A DNA stretch of 63,184 bases, filler included, from Globobulimina sp. (Eukaryota): NCBI GenBank assembly GCA_003354225.1. It is 17 parts of 17 records of this genome, joined end to end, with 100 filler letters (N's around TTAATTAATTAA, not from the genome) between each part and the next. Parts side by side here need not be neighbours in the genome. Positions count along the whole stretch, not along the records: positions 55,845 to 59,464 come from PIVH01002387.1; positions 59,565 to 63,184 come from PIVH01002388.1; 15 more parts are not named here. One strand, written 5' to 3'. The notes under the pieces are model-generated. The model was not told the origin of the DNA, made no database searches, and saw only the letters and a program-made list of their open reading frames with translations. Positions 59,222 through 63,184 of the stretch are shown here, one piece after another (within the stretch, counting starts at the first letter, position 1; each line of letters starts with the position of its first letter). The position numbers were made by a program, and so were the translations under genes.

Positions 59222-59464
59222 TTACATCGGATCATCAATTTCCTCCTCATCATTATTTCTGCGTCTTTCCCGCGAATGTGACCTTGATCTTGAATGCGAA
59301 TGTGACGATTTCCTATTTCTTGAACCAGATCTCGAACGTGATCGAGACATTGATTTCTTTCTCAATTTCTTCTCTCTATTATCCCGATCCCGATCTCTTT
59401 CCCTTTCCGACGATCCAGATCTATTCCTATCATTCTTCTTACTTATTTTCTTTGTTTTTTTCTT
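59222..59464 (-). CDS. RS/RD-rich C-terminus of an SR-like protein, 5'-truncated
   Basis: Minus frame ...ERERDRDRD...SRSRSRSGSRNRKSSHSHSRSRSHSRERRR...DDPM*. Confidence 0.7.
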   Translation of the reverse strand, partial: KKKTKKISKKNDRNRSGSSERERDRDRDNREKKLRKKSMSRSRSRSGSRNRKSSHSHSRSRSHSRERRRNNDEEEIDDPM

Positions 59465-59564
59465 NNNNNNNNNNNNNNNNNNNNNNNNNNNNNNNNNNNN
59501 NNNNNNNNTTAATTAATTAANNNNNNNNNNNNNNNNNNNNNNNNNNNNNNNNNNNNNNNNNNNN

Positions 59565-60077
59565 ATCACATTCAAACCGTACAACGCAGAAATTAAAAAT
59601 GTATTAAATCAACATATTGATGATACCAATCAATATACACATCCATGGATTGTAGGAATTGGTGAAAATGCTCAAGAAATTTGGTATTTAGTACCACAAT
59701 ATAAATCTGGATTATTTTTATGTTCCCCATGCAATACTGATTTGGATGAAGCCTGCGATGCGCAACCAACTGATTTTGAGATCGCATTGGCAGTGGATCG
59801 CATAGAAACGTATACAAAATGTAAAATTAATAAAATTGAAGCTAAATGGGCGGGATTGCGGTGTCATTCAAAGGATTACAATTTTATCATTGGTGCAGAT
59901 GTGAATAATAATTCATTTTTTTGGTGTGCAGCTCTTGCTGGGCAAGGTATTCAATCTGCCCCTTCATACTCGCAACTTTTAGCAAATATTATTGTTGGTA
60001 AAGTTATTCCACCGCATATTGCTGATTTGGGATTCTGTATTGATGATGTATTGCCAAACAGATTTATAAGTGTATAA
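59565..60077 (+). CDS. FAD-dependent oxidoreductase (DAO family, D-arginine dehydrogenase DauA-like), C-terminal part
   Basis: Open from the contig start: WYLVP...LFLCSPC...ACDAQP...IALAVDRIE...KWAGLR...FFWCAALAGQGIQSAP. Confidence 0.8.
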   Translation: MTFKPYNAEIKNVLNQHIDDTNQYTHPWIVGIGENAQEIWYLVPQYKSGLFLCSPCNTDLDEACDAQPTDFEIALAVDRIETYTKCKINKIEAKWAGLRCHSKDYNFIIGADVNNNSFFWCAALAGQGIQSAPSYSQLLANIIVGKVIPPHIADLGFCIDDVLPNRFISV

Positions 60078-60214
60078 GTGAAATAAAGTAAATATTGTCG
60101 TATATTATTTGAATTGTAAGATAAAAACTGGATGAAGTCCGTCATGAAAACTATAAGATCTAAAAACAACAACAAAAACAAAGTCAAAACAAAAATAGAA
60201 ATCGAACATATCAT

Positions 60215-63184
60215 TCAACGAATTGCATTTGTAATGAATTGTGTGGGTAATTGCGGTGCTTGTGAGTTGTGACCAGGCGATAAATTATCATATTCATATT
60301 CATCAATATTTTCATCATTGACAGTATTTATCATATCATGTTTTTTAACCATAACAAAAGTCTCGATATTCTTATAAAACCATTCCGTTAGAAATTGATG
60401 GTGTTCCTTAAAATATTGTTTATCGATATCATCATCCTCCAATATATCATATAGCCAATCAACACTCGCTTTATATTGTTGTTGCTCATAAAATGGTTTT
60501 TGTTCATTTTCAGATTTAAATATATAATTTCTTGTTACACGAAACGGTGTTAAATTAAACTCACAATCCATTATAAATTGAATAAACTCATCTTCCACTT
60601 GATGATGATGTATTGTGTTAATTGTTAAAGATTTACATAATTTTACCATACAAATAAATTTTTCGCGTTTACTATTAAATTGAACACACCATCGCTTTGA
60701 GTCAATATTCCATAATTTCTGTAAATTATCCTTCGATACAAATGGATTTGCTTTAAATTGTTGCATTTCGATATGTGTGTTTACAGCAGAAAGATAAAGA
60801 GAATGTGTATTATCATTTCCAACCAAATCGTTTTTAAATTCACCTCTAATGTCATCATATTTAGATTTTCGAATTCGAAACAACATAATCAATGCACCCA
60901 AACCCATCACAACTGGTAACAATCCCAAATGCAATATCATTTTTTGAAAATCATTTATTGAATCAGAAATAACAAAAAATGTAAAAAAATCGGTCCATAA
61001 AACACCAAAATTAAAAGCACACGATGTAATATTTTGCGTTCGAAAATAAAACGGTGGTTTTAATAATAATGTTATGCACAAAATGAGTGAAGCAATGAAT
61101 AATATTATCGTAAATATATATGAATACGTTAATATTTTAATATTTGTGCTTGATTCTGGCTCAGCAATTAAATAAACAGTGACTGCGACCATAATAATTT
61201 TGATAGTATGATCAACAAATGCCAAGTCCGCAGTTCTTGCACTTCCTGAATGTACTCTTCGTGTATCCGCGGCATCACCGCTCCATTTCCGCCATGAATA
61301 TACATCACAACATAATATATCCCCTTCTAAGCGAGCAAACCGATACGACAATGTAATGAATACTGACAAAGTGATTGCTGTTATTGCCATGTATATTAAA
61401 TGCAAATTTGATTCAAAATAACACTTATTTGGAACAATTAAAAAGTTTTGCAAATCTGCTTTATTGCATGTAAATGACCTTAATAAAATACGAAATATTG
61501 GAATGAAGGCAATGGTGCTTGCAATCCATATCAATGTAGCTGTGATTGAACGCAATCTGTCACTGCATTTAGTGACTCCCCATTTCAATTTATACTGAAT
61601 ACAAAATGAAAAAATAAATATCCAAATAAATACGACCACACTTATCCAAATAAAGGAGATGTCGATATTTGATGATGGCAAATTAAAATTAATATTCAGC
61701 GCAGAAGCATCAAATTGGAATTGGAAAAGTGCTGATGTTAAATCAAATGGATTGTATGTTGCATTGCTCTCTCCCCAATCAATCATATCAATGCTAAATG
61801 TAAAAGTACACAATTGGAAGAATTCGATAATTAAACTGATCCAACCAATAAGTATGTCTTTTTTTGGTTGGGTTATTGTGTTTCTTTTACATTCTTTATT
61901 ACCAAAACAGTGCAATGCTTTCCCAGTGTTAATATTCCATGATATTACTAAGCCGCATCTGTCCGCTGTGAAAACAATATCATTTTCATTATCAATCATG
62001 ATTTTATTTAAATAATCTTCATGTCGCTGAAATGCCCATATTAATTTGTAATTATTTGCTCTGTCGTAACATCGAATCATTTCATCTTTACCTCCGGTTA
62101 TAATAAATCTGTGATTTGCGTCTATTCCACGCACTGAACCTTCATTGTCATGAATGGAAAATAATATTTCCCCGTTTGGGATTGAATAACACCGAGTATA
62201 TTCATCACGGCTTGCAGTGCATAACACCGAGTAAGAAGAGCCAGTTAAACACATATAATTTATGGCATCTTTATGCGGAATAAATTCTATACTTTTATAA
62301 TTTGGCGCTGATAAATCCCAACAATGTATACAGCCACAATCATCACCAGATAATAAATGAATATTTTTATTATTATTTGCATATGAAACTCTTAACTCAT
62401 TTACGGATTTATTTGCTTTATGTCCTTTTAACTCAATCCTTGCAATATTTGCTATGGTTCGTTTTTTACTGTGATCAATGTCAATATTTAAATCCCATGA
62501 ATAAATCATACCGTTTGATCCTCCGACAAATATTTTATTTAACTCTGCTATAAATACGACATTATTTAATATACACTTTTTAGATCTATCCACATATAGA
62601 AAATTACCATTAAATAACGAGCCTATTCTGAATGTTTCATCATCGCTCACAGTAAATATTAATTTTCTATCCTTATCAATTGCAAAATCCCTGATTTGTT
62701 TGTCATGTTTAAATATAAACTGCGGCGAATTCATAATCTTTGGTAGTTTATATTTATTACTTTCAATCTGTTTGGTAGTTGGATAGAGGCAATATTTTGC
62801 ATCACAAATATCTGTCAACCAAACACAACATTTTCCATCAGCACTGCAGGAGACCAAATACGTACTTTCATCCTTCTCATCCATCAATATTTCCTTTATA
62901 TTAAACACTTGATTGTTATGCTCACAAAACACACCCAAACCATATCCGGTCATTATATCCCAAACTCGAACGGTTCCATCATCACTCCCTGTAAATAAAT
63001 ACTTGCTATCTACTGACAAACACATTGACCGCACTGCGCCCGAATGTTGATATACATTTGCAATTTTTTGCAATGAATTGACATTATTATATGCCCGAAT
63101 TGAGGCTATCAAACTGTTGAATAATTTCGTCACATTTTTAAACTCTTCAAAATCTTCAAAACTCGTCACTTCCATAACCGTCAC
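60215..63184 (-). CDS. WD40 repeat protein with a C-terminal multi-TM domain, probably 5'-truncated
   Basis: About 8 WD repeats (LFTGSDDGTVRVWD, IITGGKDEMIRCYD) then 7-8 TM helices beginning LIIEFFQLCTFTF. Confidence 0.85.
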   Translation of the reverse strand: MTVMEVTSFEDFEEFKNVTKLFNSLIASIRAYNNVNSLQKIANVYQHSGAVRSMCLSVDSKYLFTGSDDGTVRVWDIMTGYGLGVFCEHNNQVFNIKEILMDEKDESTYLVSCSADGKCCVWLTDICDAKYCLYPTTKQIESNKYKLPKIMNSPQFIFKHDKQIRDFAIDKDRKLIFTVSDDETFRIGSLFNGNFLYVDRSKKCILNNVVFIAELNKIFVGGSNGMIYSWDLNIDIDHSKKRTIANIARIELKGHKANKSVNELRVSYANNNKNIHLLSGDDCGCIHCWDLSAPNYKSIEFIPHKDAINYMCLTGSSYSVLCTASRDEYTRCYSIPNGEILFSIHDNEGSVRGIDANHRFIITGGKDEMIRCYDRANNYKLIWAFQRHEDYLNKIMIDNENDIVFTADRCGLVISWNINTGKALHCFGNKECKRNTITQPKKDILIGWISLIIEFFQLCTFTFSIDMIDWGESNATYNPFDLTSALFQFQFDASALNINFNLPSSNIDISFIWISVVVFIWIFIFSFCIQYKLKWGVTKCSDRLRSITATLIWIASTIAFIPIFRILLRSFTCNKADLQNFLIVPNKCYFESNLHLIYMAITAITLSVFITLSYRFARLEGDILCCDVYSWRKWSGDAADTRRVHSGSARTADLAFVDHTIKIIMVAVTVYLIAEPESSTNIKILTYSYIFTIILFIASLILCITLLLKPPFYFRTQNITSCAFNFGVLWTDFFTFFVISDSINDFQKMILHLGLLPVVMGLGALIMLFRIRKSKYDDIRGEFKNDLVGNDNTHSLYLSAVNTHIEMQQFKANPFVSKDNLQKLWNIDSKRWCVQFNSKREKFICMVKLCKSLTINTIHHHQVEDEFIQFIMDCEFNLTPFRVTRNYIFKSENEQKPFYEQQQYKASVDWLYDILEDDDIDKQYFKEHHQFLTEWFYKNIETFVMVKKHDMINTVNDENIDEYEYDNLSPGHNSQAPQLPTQFITNAIR

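Noticed and set aside
59181-59520. Plus-strand hydrophobic ORFs
   Set aside because: Antisense shadow of the minus-strand RS-rich coding end.
1-63184. Alternative genetic code
   Set aside because: Conserved genes translate fully with the standard code, and TAA, TAG and TGA all occur as terminal stops.

Overview
This is not one continuous locus. It is 17 unrelated, size-sorted contigs of about 3.62 kb, each joined by an artificial 100-nt linker (N44-TTAATTAATTAA-N44), so neighbourhood only has meaning within a contig. The DNA is from an AT-rich, gene-dense microbial eukaryote: short GT-AG introns, histones, PWP2, G-alpha, and expanded FN3-SPRY and PT-repeat surface proteins. The overall style suggests a foraminiferan/rhizarian, but that is inference. 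Recognisable genes are histones H3 and H2B, a frameshifted UBA3 fragment, an SLC12 cation-chloride cotransporter, a GH1 glycosidase end, a G-alpha, an XK-like membrane protein fused to a kinase, a bacterial-type beta-helix glycosidase, MFS and SLC35 transporters, a MYND protein, PWP2, a sterol-desaturase pseudogene, a DauA-like FAD oxidoreductase and a WD40-multi-TM protein. Several MITE/foldback elements are also present. Best leads: (1) a candidate Transib/RAG1-like transposase N-terminus preceded by an RSS-like end (CACAATA-22 nt-ACAAAAAAA); (2) metazoan-type histone 3' stem-loops after both H3 and H2B with no obvious U7 downstream element; (3) two contigs that close into circles or tandem units (exact 119-bp terminal repeats); (4) an XK-scramblase-like/kinase fusion; (5) a novel two-repeat protein broken exactly at an in-frame A_AAA_AAC slippery heptamer; (6) a G-alpha lacking its switch-I arginine; (7) an in-frame fusion of bacterial-looking and eukaryotic sequence. 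All family assignments come from motif recognition by eye; no searches were run.
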